IMG/VR virus record: IMGVR_UViG_3300020048_000041
DNA: 63,462 nucleotides
Reading direction: 5' to 3' (one strand)
DNA from: an uncultured virus (IMG/VR IMGVR_UViG_3300020048_000041)
Lineage: Duplodnaviria > Heunggongvirae > Uroviricota > Caudoviricetes
Positions within the stretch are counted from its first letter, which is position 1, and each line of letters begins with the position of its first letter. Both the position numbers and the translations under genes were made by a program. Under the pieces are notes generated by a model, which ran no database searches, had not been told where the DNA came from, and worked only from the letters and a program-made list of their open reading frames with translations. This document shows positions 9,822 to 20,148 of this stretch, piece after piece.

Positions 9822-10892
9822 TTAGATTTCAGTATCGATATCTTCTAATTCATCAACAATGCTGTCATCTGATATCATTTGACCACAAGCAATTTTATAG
9901 GTATCTTCAATCCAAGATCTAAATTTAACCTGCTTTAATACCGGCAACCAAAACTCTTTATTGTTAGTTTCTTTAGCGCGATATTTCTTTTCTTCTAACT
10001 CACCAGTATCTAAATTCACTTTTTGATACCAGCCGTTGCTAGGTTTAATAACCGCGCCGGATTCTAACGCAATATCTAATAAACCAGACCAAGTAGAAAT
10101 ACCGCCGTCCCAAGAAACAGTAATAGGAATCTTAGATTTTTCTTTAACAAATCGTGATTTTTCAATGTTAATGACAAAATTATACCCTACGACTTCAGTG
10201 CCTTCTTTTTCTTGCTGACGACCAATAATCCAGATTGTTGACGCAGAATAATAAATACCAGTGCCGCCTGATACAACCGCTTTACTATACATTTCTTGTG
10301 TATCGTATGTATGGTTGATAGCAATTAACGGAATATCTTTAGTGGTCAAGTATGGAGTAACCATACGGAAAAGAGATTTTAACTGTTTAGCACGAGACAT
10401 ATCTGCTACTGATTTTTCATTCATAGCATCCTCAACTTCTTTTTTAGAAGCTAAGTTACCTATTGAATCAATAATGATAATAACCTTATCGTTTCGTTCG
10501 ATATTTTTCATTTGTGCCATAATATCGAATTTAAGTTCTTCAACGTCCATAATAGGTGTATGAAGAACACGACTGGTGTCAATACCAAATGAACTGAAGT
10601 AAGCTTGAGGAGAACCAAACTCAGAATCATAAAAAAGTAAGACTGATTCTGGGTATTTGTCAAGATAGCTTTTCGCCATCACTAACGAAAATGATGTTTT
10701 AAAATGTTTAGATTTACCGGCTATAACGAATAATGAAGGAGTTAACCCGCCGTCTAATGAACCACTCAAAGCGATATTTAATGCTGGAACTGTAGTTTGA
10801 ACCATATCTGCTTTAGTGAAGAATTTGGATTCACTAAGAATAGCGGTTTCTTTAATAGTTGAATTTTTTTTCAGTTTTTCTAATATACTCAT
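9822..10892 (-). CDS. uvsX: RecA-like recombinase UvsX
   Basis: AGKSKHFKT, FYDSEFG, IDSIGNLASKKE, DMSRAK, SGGTGIYYSA. Confidence 0.97.
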   Translation of the reverse strand: MSILEKLKKNSTIKETAILSESKFFTKADMVQTTVPALNIALSGSLDGGLTPSLFVIAGKSKHFKTSFSLVMAKSYLDKYPESVLLFYDSEFGSPQAYFSSFGIDTSRVLHTPIMDVEELKFDIMAQMKNIERNDKVIIIIDSIGNLASKKEVEDAMNEKSVADMSRAKQLKSLFRMVTPYLTTKDIPLIAINHTYDTQEMYSKAVVSGGTGIYYSASTIWIIGRQQEKEGTEVVGYNFVINIEKSRFVKEKSKIPITVSWDGGISTWSGLLDIALESGAVIKPSNGWYQKVNLDTGELEEKKYRAKETNNKEFWLPVLKQVKFRSWIEDTYKIACGQMISDDSIVDELEDIDTEI

Positions 10893-10928
10893 AATGTTCC
10901 TTAATCAAAAATACAATTATAAATGATT

Positions 10929-11141
10929 TCAATTGAAAAGTAAAGGTCTTGTTTCTAGTATCAAAGTAGGAACTGTTGCGTCAATAGCCTTTTGGTATCT
11001 TCCATGTTTAACATCATACCCCGTATCTGTTCTAAATGGTTCTTCTTCAAACCACCACCATTCTACTGTTGCACCATAAATATCATTGCCTAAATAATTT
11101 GCCCAATCAGGAGCATCTTTCCAGTGTGGTTTATTTGTCAT
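10929..11141 (-). CDS. hypothetical protein (W.DAP.WA.YL family; paralogue at 59913-60131)
   Basis: KPHWKDAPDWANYL versus KPKWEDAPNWARYL; both end in ETRP. Confidence 0.65.
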   Translation of the reverse strand: MTNKPHWKDAPDWANYLGNDIYGATVEWWWFEEEPFRTDTGYDVKHGRYQKAIDATVPTLILETRPLLFN

Positions 11142-11161
11142 ATTACCTTGTGTGATTAAAA

Positions 11162-11184
11162 TGGCTGGGCTTTACACCCAGCCA
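11162..11184 (-). terminator. hairpin terminator
   Basis: TGGCTGGG-N7-CCCAGCCA followed by TTTT on the minus strand. Confidence 0.7.
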
Positions 11185-11190
11185 CAAACA

Positions 11191-11520
11191 TTAATTGATA
11201 TAGTGATTCAATTCGTAAGGATTTGTATTTGTACCGCGATTATAAACTTGGATATGCAAAGCTTTTTTGCTTGGTTTACCATCTTTTTCAAGCGCTAAAC
11301 TGTGACGAGTAGTTTCACCGTCTTTAGGCTTACCTGGACCAACAGTAATTTTGTCGTGCCATTCGTCATCTGGAATGGTGTAACCTTTAGCGTTAGCTTG
11401 CGCTTGAGCATGTTGAACTGCTGAAGTATATGTTGAGTGATGAAGAATGCTCGTATCTTTTTTCGCTTCGTTCAAAGCTTCTTCTAATACTGATTCTCTA
11501 AATTCTTGGAATGCTGACAT
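11191..11520 (-). CDS. putative internal head protein with capsid-targeting-like N-terminus
   Basis: MSAFQEFRESVLEEALNEA resembles the T4 IP CTS (MKTYQEFIAE). Confidence 0.6.
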   Translation of the reverse strand: MSAFQEFRESVLEEALNEAKKDTSILHHSTYTSAVQHAQAQANAKGYTIPDDEWHDKITVGPGKPKDGETTRHSLALEKDGKPSKKALHIQVYNRGTNTNPYELNHYIN

Positions 11521-11529
11521 TTTGTTTCC

Positions 11530-12012
11530 TTACAGTTTGGTGTATCCAGAGGACGTTTTAAAATAAAAGGCGTTTCTTGTAGTTGACACTTGTTTAAGAA
11601 CATTATCAGTAAACGGCGCCAATACAACTTCTACCATTTTTAACATTGAAATATAAATTTCATCAGGATCGATAAAATCTAAATGGTATTCATGCTCTGC
11701 TTCAATGTATTGATATATATCCCAGAAAGAGTCATTTAAGCCGTACTGTTCAAATTCTTTATACAAGTTTTCAAACCAAATTTCGTGTACTCTTCCAGCA
11801 TATTCTTTATATAGCTCTTTATATTTTTCGAGTTCCTTCTCATTAATAACAACTTCTTCAATAATCCCTCCGTGAGCTTCAGCCGCATCCTTTGAATCAA
11901 AACAAGTCAGTATCCTATTTACAGAACAAACCCAGTTTAATATAGGCTCAACCTCAGCCGGCTCTTCACCGGCTAACTTTATACATTGTTCAAATGGTAG
12001 GTGTTTATGCAT
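11530..12012 (-). CDS. hypothetical protein
   Basis: 160-aa ORF in operon. Confidence 0.6.
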   Translation of the reverse strand: MHKHLPFEQCIKLAGEEPAEVEPILNWVCSVNRILTCFDSKDAAEAHGGIIEEVVINEKELEKYKELYKEYAGRVHEIWFENLYKEFEQYGLNDSFWDIYQYIEAEHEYHLDFIDPDEIYISMLKMVEVVLAPFTDNVLKQVSTTRNAFYFKTSSGYTKL

Positions 12013-12015
12013 AAG

Positions 12016-12258
12016 TTACTCGCTACTTGCCCATTGATTATGGATTGACCAAAGTATAGAATTTTCCAAATATTCATTATCTCTGTTATTTTGGTCGCTA
12101 TGAAAACGCATCGTACCAGCAGTAAAACAAATTTCAAGCATATGATAGCTACCCTTTTCAGATTCCTGTTTTTCAATAACCATACATATAATATGCTGTT
12201 TATTGATTACAATATCAGATAAGCTGTTGTTAGCAAAAATTCTTATTTTGTTTGTCAT
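12016..12258 (-). CDS. hypothetical early protein
   Basis: ATG 12258 after GGAG, downstream of a class-2 leader. Confidence 0.6.
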   Translation of the reverse strand: MTNKIRIFANNSLSDIVINKQHIICMVIEKQESEKGSYHMLEICFTAGTMRFHSDQNNRDNEYLENSILWSIHNQWASSE

Positions 12259-12287
12259 ATTTTTTTCTCCATAATAGTTAAAAAACC

Positions 12288-12350
12288 CGCTTAACCTCAA
12301 TTCACGCCCGACTAGGCTATTATAGTCTTATTCGAATATAAAGTAAAGTT
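12288..12350 (-). promoter_or_regulatory. class-2 early promoter plus identical leader (copy 1 of 5)
   Basis: TTTACT-N17-TATAAT-AGCCTAGTCGGGCGTGAATTGAGGTTAAGCG. Confidence 0.85.
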
Positions 12351-12881
12351 TTAATTATGTTCATATTCTAACTCATCAAACCCGTCTCGAGTCGCAACAA
12401 TTTTAGTATGGTTACCAAACATAACTTCCAGTACATTTTCAAATTCATCAGATGTAAGCATTTCAGATAATAAATCGCAGGAATCTATATCAATCGCTGG
12501 TCCATTTAAAATTTTGGTTCTGTCTTCAGCCAACCATTCTTTGGAAACGTCTAAAGTGTATTCAAGGTTATCTGTTGCCCAGACAGATTCATTTTCGCCG
12601 TCATATTGATCATAACCAATATCATCTAAATCATCGCCTGTAGCGTTAGTAAATGTCGGCTGGTTAACACTAAATTCACAAGAATCGCCATCGTTAAAAT
12701 ATGGAGAATATTGAGTCCAAATAACAGCATTGATTCCTGGATTTAATTTAAAAAATTCATCAAACGTTGTTTTAAACAAATTTTTCGCTTTTTCTTGAAA
12801 TTCTGTCTGTAATTTGCGTTGCTCTACTATTAATGCGGTATATGTTTCTCTTAATTCTGTAGTCATAATTTCCTCAATCAA
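12351..12881 (-). CDS. conserved acidic phage protein
   Basis: WTQYSPYFNDGDSCEF motif; overlaps the DUF6915-like gene. Confidence 0.7.
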   Translation of the reverse strand: MIEEIMTTELRETYTALIVEQRKLQTEFQEKAKNLFKTTFDEFFKLNPGINAVIWTQYSPYFNDGDSCEFSVNQPTFTNATGDDLDDIGYDQYDGENESVWATDNLEYTLDVSKEWLAEDRTKILNGPAIDIDSCDLLSEMLTSDEFENVLEVMFGNHTKIVATRDGFDELEYEHN

Positions 12882-13227
12882 CTAGTTTAGCGCTAAGGCT
12901 TTTTTTCTTTAGCGTACCTGACATCCAAGGTTGGATTGTCATATTTTTTAAGTAATGTTCCATAGAAGGAATAAACCCTAAATCTTGCATAATATGGTCT
13001 TCAGCAATATCTCTAGTAGAATACTCTCTACCAGAACTATTAATTCGAGTTCTACCAAATACCTGCTCAACAATAAAACAACCAAACGCTGAGTGTAGTA
13101 TAGCACGATGACGCACATCAGCTACCGCTTGTTTGCTTGAATCTATAAAATCATCTATATCAACGTAATCATTTGGAACGCCGCCGTACTTTTTACAGTG
13201 GACTTTCGCATGTAAATACGATTTCAT
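12874..13227 (-). CDS. DUF6915-like phage protein
   Basis: HAK...KYGG...DSSK...DVRHRAILHS.FG...AEDHI.QDLG.IP pattern. Confidence 0.65.
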   Translation of the reverse strand: MKSYLHAKVHCKKYGGVPNDYVDIDDFIDSSKQAVADVRHRAILHSAFGCFIVEQVFGRTRINSSGREYSTRDIAEDHIMQDLGFIPSMEHYLKNMTIQPWMSGTLKKKSLSAKLVD

Positions 13228-13800
13228 TTCAACCTCGTTTCCAAGCTAAATTTGGTGTATTTTACCATAAATTGAATTTTTCTGGATATTTTGATTCCAA
13301 AAATTTGAGCAATAAGCCAACTACAAACGCCGCGTAAATTGGTGTAAATACTAACCACCATGACCAGTCTATATAGTTTGTTACTTTTAAAGTTATAAAA
13401 ATAACTAATAACATGTGATATACATTCATAATAAAAATTTATTCTCTAGATAATTTAAACATAGTATTCTTTCAGAAATAATAAAATACATCAATCGTTT
13501 CACCATGTTTTGATGCTTTACCGCATCTGAATGTTTTACTGGTTTCGCCCAATAAAAATGAATCGTTAGCGCCTACCTCTACTCGATAAATGTAATCAGC
13601 ATGCCCACCGTAATCTACAGATACTATGATTTTGTCTTCAGTAATTCCCACATATGTGAAAGAGTATTTGTAGTAAGATGCAAAATGTACTCTAACATTA
13701 GCATATTTTTCTATAAATTCATCATGAGTTATTTCCATTTTGTACCACCTATTCATAATTAAAAATATATTATATTATGGCGACATATAAAAGTAAAGCT

Positions 13801-14229
13801 TTAATTTTCCATAACAAATTTACCCTTGAATGGAACCCAGTCTGGTGTATAATTAGAATTTGTAACGCCTATAGCTAGGGTTGAGTCATTACCTCCACGC
13901 AGTAATGTTCCTTTCGTTAAAGAAGTGAACAACACAACAGCACCAGAAGGATAACAACCTAAACATGGATATGTTATATTAGTGAGTTCTTTTTTCACAT
14001 TAATCCCGTATCTTGTAAATAATGCTTCAGGGAAATATCTAGTTCCGGAAATTTCATTACCGTTATCAATTGCATCCCATACACCAACACATTCTCTAAT
14101 GATTAACTCGGCAAACTTAGTCGTGTGGTCTCTGTCCCATTGAAAGCTCCAATCTTCGTCATTGTCGTCTACCTTTGAGGTCGCATAGGCACAAGCTTCA
14201 TCGTCAAGTTTTTGAAGGTTTTTGTTCAT
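13801..14229 (-). CDS. hypothetical protein (KFAELIIREC motif)
   Basis: 142-aa ORF with a motif common in small phage proteins. Confidence 0.6.
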   Translation of the reverse strand: MNKNLQKLDDEACAYATSKVDDNDEDWSFQWDRDHTTKFAELIIRECVGVWDAIDNGNEISGTRYFPEALFTRYGINVKKELTNITYPCLGCYPSGAVVLFTSLTKGTLLRGGNDSTLAIGVTNSNYTPDWVPFKGKFVMEN

Positions 14230-14451
14230 TTTTAGCCTACCATTCTATGTCAAGAGCACTCAGTACATCACGCGCTAATTGAATTTCTCCAGAGCGATGC
14301 CCTCCCCAAAATGCGTCATCAACGTTTCCTGCAGCAAAGTCATCTACTACACTAGAATCGCTGTATATTTCATCAGCCCACGATTCCATAGCGGCTAATT
14401 TTTTTAATCGTTCAATAAATTCTTCGTTCATTTTTAGCCTATTATTAAAAG

Positions 14452-14760
14452 TTATGTTCCAGGAAACACTTCAACATACATATTTACATCATCCGGAATA
14501 TTTCGTAACATACTATCATAAACGCCTGATGTAAATAAGCTCATACCAAAATTGTCTTTATAGCAGTTATAGATACTGCCAGATTCATTATGAATTTCGT
14601 AGTAGCTACCTTTGTCAATAGTTTCAGTAATACCACTGCTCAATCTGTAACTATCTCCGCTATAAAACCCGCCGCACCAAGAACCTAATACTTTTCTGAT
14701 TTTGTATTCTGGAGTAGCAATATTAACGATAACCCATTTATCAGGATAATATTCACTCAT
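14452..14760 (-). CDS. conserved hypothetical phage protein
   Basis: YYPDKWVIV...KVLGSW.GGF..GDSYRLSSGI...SGSIYNC. Confidence 0.65.
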   Translation of the reverse strand: MSEYYPDKWVIVNIATPEYKIRKVLGSWCGGFYSGDSYRLSSGITETIDKGSYYEIHNESGSIYNCYKDNFGMSLFTSGVYDSMLRNIPDDVNMYVEVFPGT

Positions 14761-15752
14761 TTTGATTCCTTGCTTTTGTAATAGCGGTAAAGCCTAACGT
14801 AATGCGCAAACCGTAAAGGCTCTTGTTTATGGTTAGGTAAAGTGCCAAACATATCTAGCATTTCGTTGTAGATTACCTTCATTTCATCATCACTCATCTT
14901 CATTTATTTCGCAAATTTTCTGGTGGTCAAACAACCAAGTTATATATCCATTATCCATCCAGTCTCCAATATCAAGAAACTCACAATATCCGTTTTGTTC
15001 GTAATCTTTATCTGTATGCCAAGTCCAGTAAGGACAAACATTTATAGCCAGAAATCCATCTGGTGTTTTCTCGCCGGTGAATTTATAACAATAGTCACCC
15101 GCCGGTATTAATGATTCGTCTTTTTCCATTTCTTATCTACATTAGATGGTTTATTGACACAGCTCTCATTTAGTTTAACATATTTCCATTTTGAACACTG
15201 TTTATGTGTATTAAAGAAAATCTTTTGTTTGACTTCAGCTTCAACCAATCGTTTAGATTTACAAGTTTCAACTAGGTTCATAGGATCTTTACATTTACCA
15301 GATGAATAAAACTTAGGCGCTTTTTCCCATTTAGATTTTGGAATATCATACTGAATCTCAGGGTAAACCGTATCATCTGCAAATACGTTTCCAGTCAGCA
15401 ATAGCAATAGCAATAATAATACTTTTTTCATTGAAAGTAAAGCCTTAAAGTCGTTTGGTATAAATTTGATTTTCTTGGTGCCAAGATATTGTAATACTTT
15501 CTTGAACAGGACAAACTGAAACGACATAACCGTGTTGTCTCAACATATCGCATAATGCGTGCATCACATCTAAAGATAACGCAATAGGAAATTTATAGTG
15601 CTCAATATCTAAAGAAATTAAGCCATTTTCAGTGGCGGTATTAATAGCCGCTTCAATAGTAGGGATACATTGGTCAACCAATTGTTGCATTTCCGCTTCA
15701 CGTTGCTTAATAGCATTAGTTGATTTTTTTCCTGCTTCTTTAGCCGTAATCA

Positions 15753-16130
15753 TTAAAGTTCCTCATCAGTAATTAATTCCCATTCTAACCACATAAAGTT
15801 TCGTTCGCCTTTAGTTCTGACGTTCCAGATACCATGTTCATCGAAGTAGTAATTAAATTCATCATCAAAATCTTCTTCCAAAAAAGTTTTATAATAATAA
15901 TCATAATCTTTAAAAGAATTGTAATGAACAAACTCATGTCTACATTCTTCTAACGTAGCGCCTAATGATAATAAATTACCAGCAAGAACAAGCGCTTCTG
16001 CCTTTTCTTGGTTATTATAGTTCTCAAACAACACTTTACCATTATGTTCAATAGAACCGTCCCAATGACAAAATATTTGAATAACTGAACCATCTTTACG
16101 AATAACAGCGATAGAAGAATTTGTAGACAT
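15753..16130 (-). CDS. conserved phage protein (MST.S.I...IFCHWDG family)
   Basis: motif plus RBS downstream of a class-1 leader. Confidence 0.65.
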   Translation of the reverse strand: MSTNSSIAVIRKDGSVIQIFCHWDGSIEHNGKVLFENYNNQEKAEALVLAGNLLSLGATLEECRHEFVHYNSFKDYDYYYKTFLEEDFDDEFNYYFDEHGIWNVRTKGERNFMWLEWELITDEEL

Positions 16131-16208
16131 AATATACACTCCGGATAATTCATTAAGGTTTAACTTCATTACGATCTATTATACTATGTTTTTTTTAAAA
16201 GTAAAGCT

Positions 16209-16763
16209 TTATTTTAAATTAATCTCATGAATAAAACTAGGAGGATCAACTTGTTTCCAGCTGTGTAAATTAATTTTAGATTTAGCATAATAGTTACGGT
16301 ATGACTGAAGAGAGTCACCTGGAACAACATATTCTACGGGCATAGCCGGCGTTGGCTCGGTAAATAATTTAGTCGAAATATTAAATGGAGCATACTGTAA
16401 TTTATCAACTAAGCCTGTACGCTCACATTTATGGATTTTACCATAACGATAGGTATATTCTTTACACAACTCTACAAGTAAAGAATGAAGCCACTGGTAA
16501 TTTTCAAACCCATGACGAACCCAAACAGCAGATGGGTGATTTATATGAGTCGCAGCATACAAAATATCTTCATATGAATTGTTAAGTTTCCAAACTTTTT
16601 TCTTACGACCTGAAGCAGAAACGCCAGCAGTTTCAACGCCGTCTAAAACACGATGCGCAGTTGATAATAACTGCGAATATTCAAGAATCATTTTGACGAC
16701 ATGTTTGTCAACATGATATCTGGCACAAATAGATTGGTCGTAATCAAGATAAAATATGTTCAT
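16209..16763 (-). CDS. pyrimidine-dimer DNA glycosylase / endonuclease V-like protein
   Basis: MNIFYLD...HVDKHVVKMILEYSQLLSTAH...THINHPSAVW...EYTYRYGKIH. Confidence 0.75.
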   Translation of the reverse strand: MNIFYLDYDQSICARYHVDKHVVKMILEYSQLLSTAHRVLDGVETAGVSASGRKKKVWKLNNSYEDILYAATHINHPSAVWVRHGFENYQWLHSLLVELCKEYTYRYGKIHKCERTGLVDKLQYAPFNISTKLFTEPTPAMPVEYVVPGDSLQSYRNYYAKSKINLHSWKQVDPPSFIHEINLK

Positions 16764-17267
16764 AGTGTTTAGCCTAATAAAGATAAAAATTCGTATTCAG
16801 TAATTTTACTGTTCAATAAGGTGTCTAAAGCGCCTAACCTAGCCAAAGCAGAAAATGTACGTTTTAATTGATAAATATCGGCAGTAGAAGGCTCATCACC
16901 TAACGTTAGGATTTTAACGTGAAGAATTGTATATGACGAATGAAAGAAATTACTGACATACATTATATCTTTTTCACGTTGAGTTAATTCTACAATCTCA
17001 AACAATTTTGTAAACTGGATATCGTTATCAGCAAAAGGCTTATCCCATAAATTAGGATTGGTTTGTTTGTAATACTTATTAGTTAATTCCATTGTTTCAG
17101 ATTTGCTAGTTGGTTTTTCTAACACTTCAACTAGTCCTAACGCTACTTCGTATGCTGATTTCATAATTTACACTCCAATTTAACTAAAGATAACTTCATT
17201 ACGATCTATTATACCTTAAATGACTCAAAAGTAAAGCTTTATTTTAAGGCTTAATGATATTTTTAAG

Positions 17268-17330
17268 CGCTTAACCTCAATTCACGCCCGACTAGGCTAT
17301 TATACGTGTTTGAGGGTATAAAGTAAAGTT
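17268..17330 (-). promoter_or_regulatory. class-2 early promoter plus leader (copy 2), in tandem with a class-1 promoter
   Basis: identical 34-bp core; no ORF before the next promoter at 17189-17245. Confidence 0.8.
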
Positions 17331-17370
17331 TTATTAAATAATTTACAGTGAATAAAATACTGAGGATATA

Positions 17371-18261
17371 ATGGATTTAAATAATACTGGATACAACGGC
17401 AACCGAAATTTAAAGCAGGTTGGGTTACCAATTGAGTTCACCGCAGAGCGACTCGAAGAATACATTAAATGTAAAAACGATCCTGTCTACTTCATAATAA
17501 CATACTGTAAGGTTGTTTCGTTAGACAGAGGATTTGTTAATTTTGACTTGTATGAATACCAACAAAGATTCATCAACGCTATTCATACAAATAGAAAGGT
17601 CGCTGGAATGTTCAGTCGCCAGCAGGGTAAAACAACAACATCTGCTGCTTACATATTACATTACGTTACATTTAACGACCATAAAACGGTTGCGATTTTG
17701 GCTAATAAAAGCGCCGCCGCCCGTGAAGTTATGAGCAGAATACAGCTCATGTTTGAAGCCTTACCTATATGGCTTCAACAGGGAATTAAGACTTGGAATA
17801 AAGGTGACATTGAATTAGAAAACGGATCTAAGATTTTCACTTCTGCTACAACAGGATCTGGTATTCGTGGTAAATCTGTTAACATGTTATACATTGATGA
17901 GATTTCATCAATTGCTAATACGATTGCTGAAGAGTTTTTCACGTCAACTTACCCCGTTATTTCTTCTGGTAAAGATACCAAAATTTTGATGACGTCAACC
18001 CCAATTGGTTATAACTATTGGTGGAAAGTATGGAACGAAGCTGAAAATGGAATAAATGGCTTTTTACCCTTTAAGGCAGAATGGCACGAACACCCTGAAC
18101 GTGATGAAAAGTGGGCAGCTGAACAAAAGGCGTTTCTTGGTGAAGTTAAATTTAATCAAGAAGTATTATGCGTTGGAAAAGACACATTAATAACAGTAAA
18201 GGATAAAGATACAGGTGAAGTTATTACGTTGACTATTGGAGAATTATATGCTAAAATGTGA
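17371..18261 (+). CDS. 17: terminase large subunit gp17, N-terminal part (ATPase) fused to a 30-aa IntN
   Basis: SRQQGKTT Walker A, ILANK, LYIDE Walker B, TSTPIG; ends NQEVL|CVGKDTLI...ELYAKM. Confidence 0.95.
   Translation: MDLNNTGYNGNRNLKQVGLPIEFTAERLEEYIKCKNDPVYFIITYCKVVSLDRGFVNFDLYEYQQRFINAIHTNRKVAGMFSRQQGKTTTSAAYILHYVTFNDHKTVAILANKSAAAREVMSRIQLMFEALPIWLQQGIKTWNKGDIELENGSKIFTSATTGSGIRGKSVNMLYIDEISSIANTIAEEFFTSTYPVISSGKDTKILMTSTPIGYNYWWKVWNEAENGINGFLPFKAEWHEHPERDEKWAAEQKAFLGEVKFNQEVLCVGKDTLITVKDKDTGEVITLTIGELYAKM
18169..18258 (+). mobile_element. split intein N-fragment (IntN, 30 aa)
   Basis: block A CVGKDTLITV followed by TIGELY and a stop. Confidence 0.9.
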
Positions 18262-19060
18262 AAATGTTTATTTTACTTATCTGATTGGGTGGAGTAAATT
18301 AGATGTTTGGTATTATGGTGTTAGATACAAAGATAAGTCACCACCAGAAACGTTATGGGTAAATTATTTTACATCATCAAAATATGTTACACAATATAGA
18401 ATAGAATATGGTGAACCTGACGTCATACAGATTAGAAAAACATTTACAAACAAAAAATTAGCTAAAAACTGGGAAGATAAAGTTCTTCGTCGAATGAATG
18501 TACAGTCTACCCCTAAATGGTTAAACAAATCAAATAATAATTCATTTTATAATGTAACTGGAGACGCCGATATAGGAAAGGCGATATCGAACGGAATAAA
18601 AAAATCTAAAAAAGGTGTGAAAGGTAAAAAGTGTTACAACAATGGTTTAGAAAATAAATTTTTTACATGTGGAACAAATCCTGACGGTTGGGTAAAGGGT
18701 AAACTGCAGTCAGAACAAAATAAAGCACATATGAAAAAACTAAATTCTGAAGTATTAACAAAGGAAAAAAGATTAGAATCTGGTAAAAAGCATTCTTTAA
18801 AAACTAAAGGTAAGCCTAAACCTTCTGATTTTGGTAAAAAGGTAAGTGAAGCAACTAAAGGTAAATTTAAGCCACATATGATAGGTGATAATAACGTTTC
18901 ACGTAGACCTGATGTCAGAGAAAAAATATCAAACAAAATGAAAGGTAGAAAATTTTTTACTGATGGTTTTAAATTGTATTTTGTTAAACCAGATATAGGT
19001 GAAAAAAATGGATGGATTTTGACATCAACAAATGAATTTAAAACATATGAAAATAAATAA
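18248..19060 (+). CDS. GIY-YIG (Seg-like) homing endonuclease between the split-intein halves
   Basis: FTYLIG...YYGVR, YFTSS, WLNKS, Lys-rich NUMOD-like C-terminus; overlaps both flanking genes. Confidence 0.8.
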   Translation: MLKCENVYFTYLIGWSKLDVWYYGVRYKDKSPPETLWVNYFTSSKYVTQYRIEYGEPDVIQIRKTFTNKKLAKNWEDKVLRRMNVQSTPKWLNKSNNNSFYNVTGDADIGKAISNGIKKSKKGVKGKKCYNNGLENKFFTCGTNPDGWVKGKLQSEQNKAHMKKLNSEVLTKEKRLESGKKHSLKTKGKPKPSDFGKKVSEATKGKFKPHMIGDNNVSRRPDVREKISNKMKGRKFFTDGFKLYFVKPDIGEKNGWILTSTNEFKTYENK

Positions 19061-19352
19061 CAGATTTGATATTTTAACACCTACAGGGTTTCAACATTTT
19101 TTAGGGATAAAAGAATCGATAAAAGAAACCTTAAAATTTATTTTTGATGATTTATCTGATATTGTTGTTACTCCAGACCATAGGTTTATTTCTAATGAAG
19201 TAGAAATAACAGCAAATACATTATCCGTAAATGATGTTATATGTGGAAAAATTATTGTTGATATTATACAAAATGGGATACAAACTGTATATGATCCAAT
19301 TGAAGTTTTAAACGGTAACGCCTACATATCAAACGATTTGGTCTCGCATAAT
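19047..19352 (+). mobile_element. split intein C-fragment (IntC, ~102 aa)
   Basis: block B TPDH, terminal HN followed by Cys+1. Confidence 0.9.
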
Positions 19353-20141
19353 TGCCATTTCCTCGGTTCTGCGAACACATTAATTGACGCAACGACACTA
19401 GGATCGTTATCTCCTAAGCCGTTTGTGTACTCAACGCCAGAAGGTTTAGACATCCTAGAAAAGCCTACACCAAACCATTTTTACGCTTTAGTAGCAGACA
19501 CCTCTGAGGGAGTCGGTGGGGACTTCTCAGCGTTCGTTCTAATTGATATTACCGTTTATCCGTTTAAATTGGTAGCTAAGTATAAAAACAATAAGATTAG
19601 TCCTATGTTATATCCTAACGTAATACACAAAGTTGCTTTAGAATATAACAACGCCTATGTTTTGATTGAGATTAATAAATCTCAAGAAGTCGCTATGATA
19701 TTGTATGATGAATACGAATACGAAAATATGATATCAGTTAAACGAGGGACGAAGGGACAAGTGCCAGTTGACGGTGGATACAGCAAAGGTTTATTAGGCG
19801 TTACCACTGATAAAAAAGTTAAACGTCAGGGATGTCAAGCCTTAAAATCTTTGATGGAAGAAAAGAAATTACTGATTTTTGATACAGACGTTATCGGTGA
19901 ATTCACTACCTTTATCGAGAAAAATGGCTCGTTTGCCGGCGATTCTGGTGCTCATGATGATTTGGTGATGTGTTTAGTATTATTTGGATGGTTAACATCA
20001 AGTGAATATTTTAAAGATATGACTAATATGGATACAAGAAAAGAATTATATTCTGCGCATATGGATATGATTGAATCATCTATGCTACCTGTTGGATGGT
20101 TAGTTGATGGCACAGAACAACCGCAATATGTAAATTTTTAG
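19047..20141 (+). CDS. 17: IntC fused to terminase gp17 C-terminal nuclease part
   Basis: ILTPTGF...TPDHRF...VYDPIEV...VSHN|CHFLGSANTLI; DTSEGVGGDFS, IEIN, HDDLVM nuclease motifs. Confidence 0.95.
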   Translation: MKINNRFDILTPTGFQHFLGIKESIKETLKFIFDDLSDIVVTPDHRFISNEVEITANTLSVNDVICGKIIVDIIQNGIQTVYDPIEVLNGNAYISNDLVSHNCHFLGSANTLIDATTLGSLSPKPFVYSTPEGLDILEKPTPNHFYALVADTSEGVGGDFSAFVLIDITVYPFKLVAKYKNNKISPMLYPNVIHKVALEYNNAYVLIEINKSQEVAMILYDEYEYENMISVKRGTKGQVPVDGGYSKGLLGVTTDKKVKRQGCQALKSLMEEKKLLIFDTDVIGEFTTFIEKNGSFAGDSGAHDDLVMCLVLFGWLTSSEYFKDMTNMDTRKELYSAHMDMIESSMLPVGWLVDGTEQPQYVNF

Positions 20142-20148
20142 GAAAAAT

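Noticed and set aside
18248..19060. Group I intron or pseudogenised terminase
   Set aside because: The flanks encode intein blocks, the ORFs overlap with no room for an intron core, and all catalytic motifs are intact.
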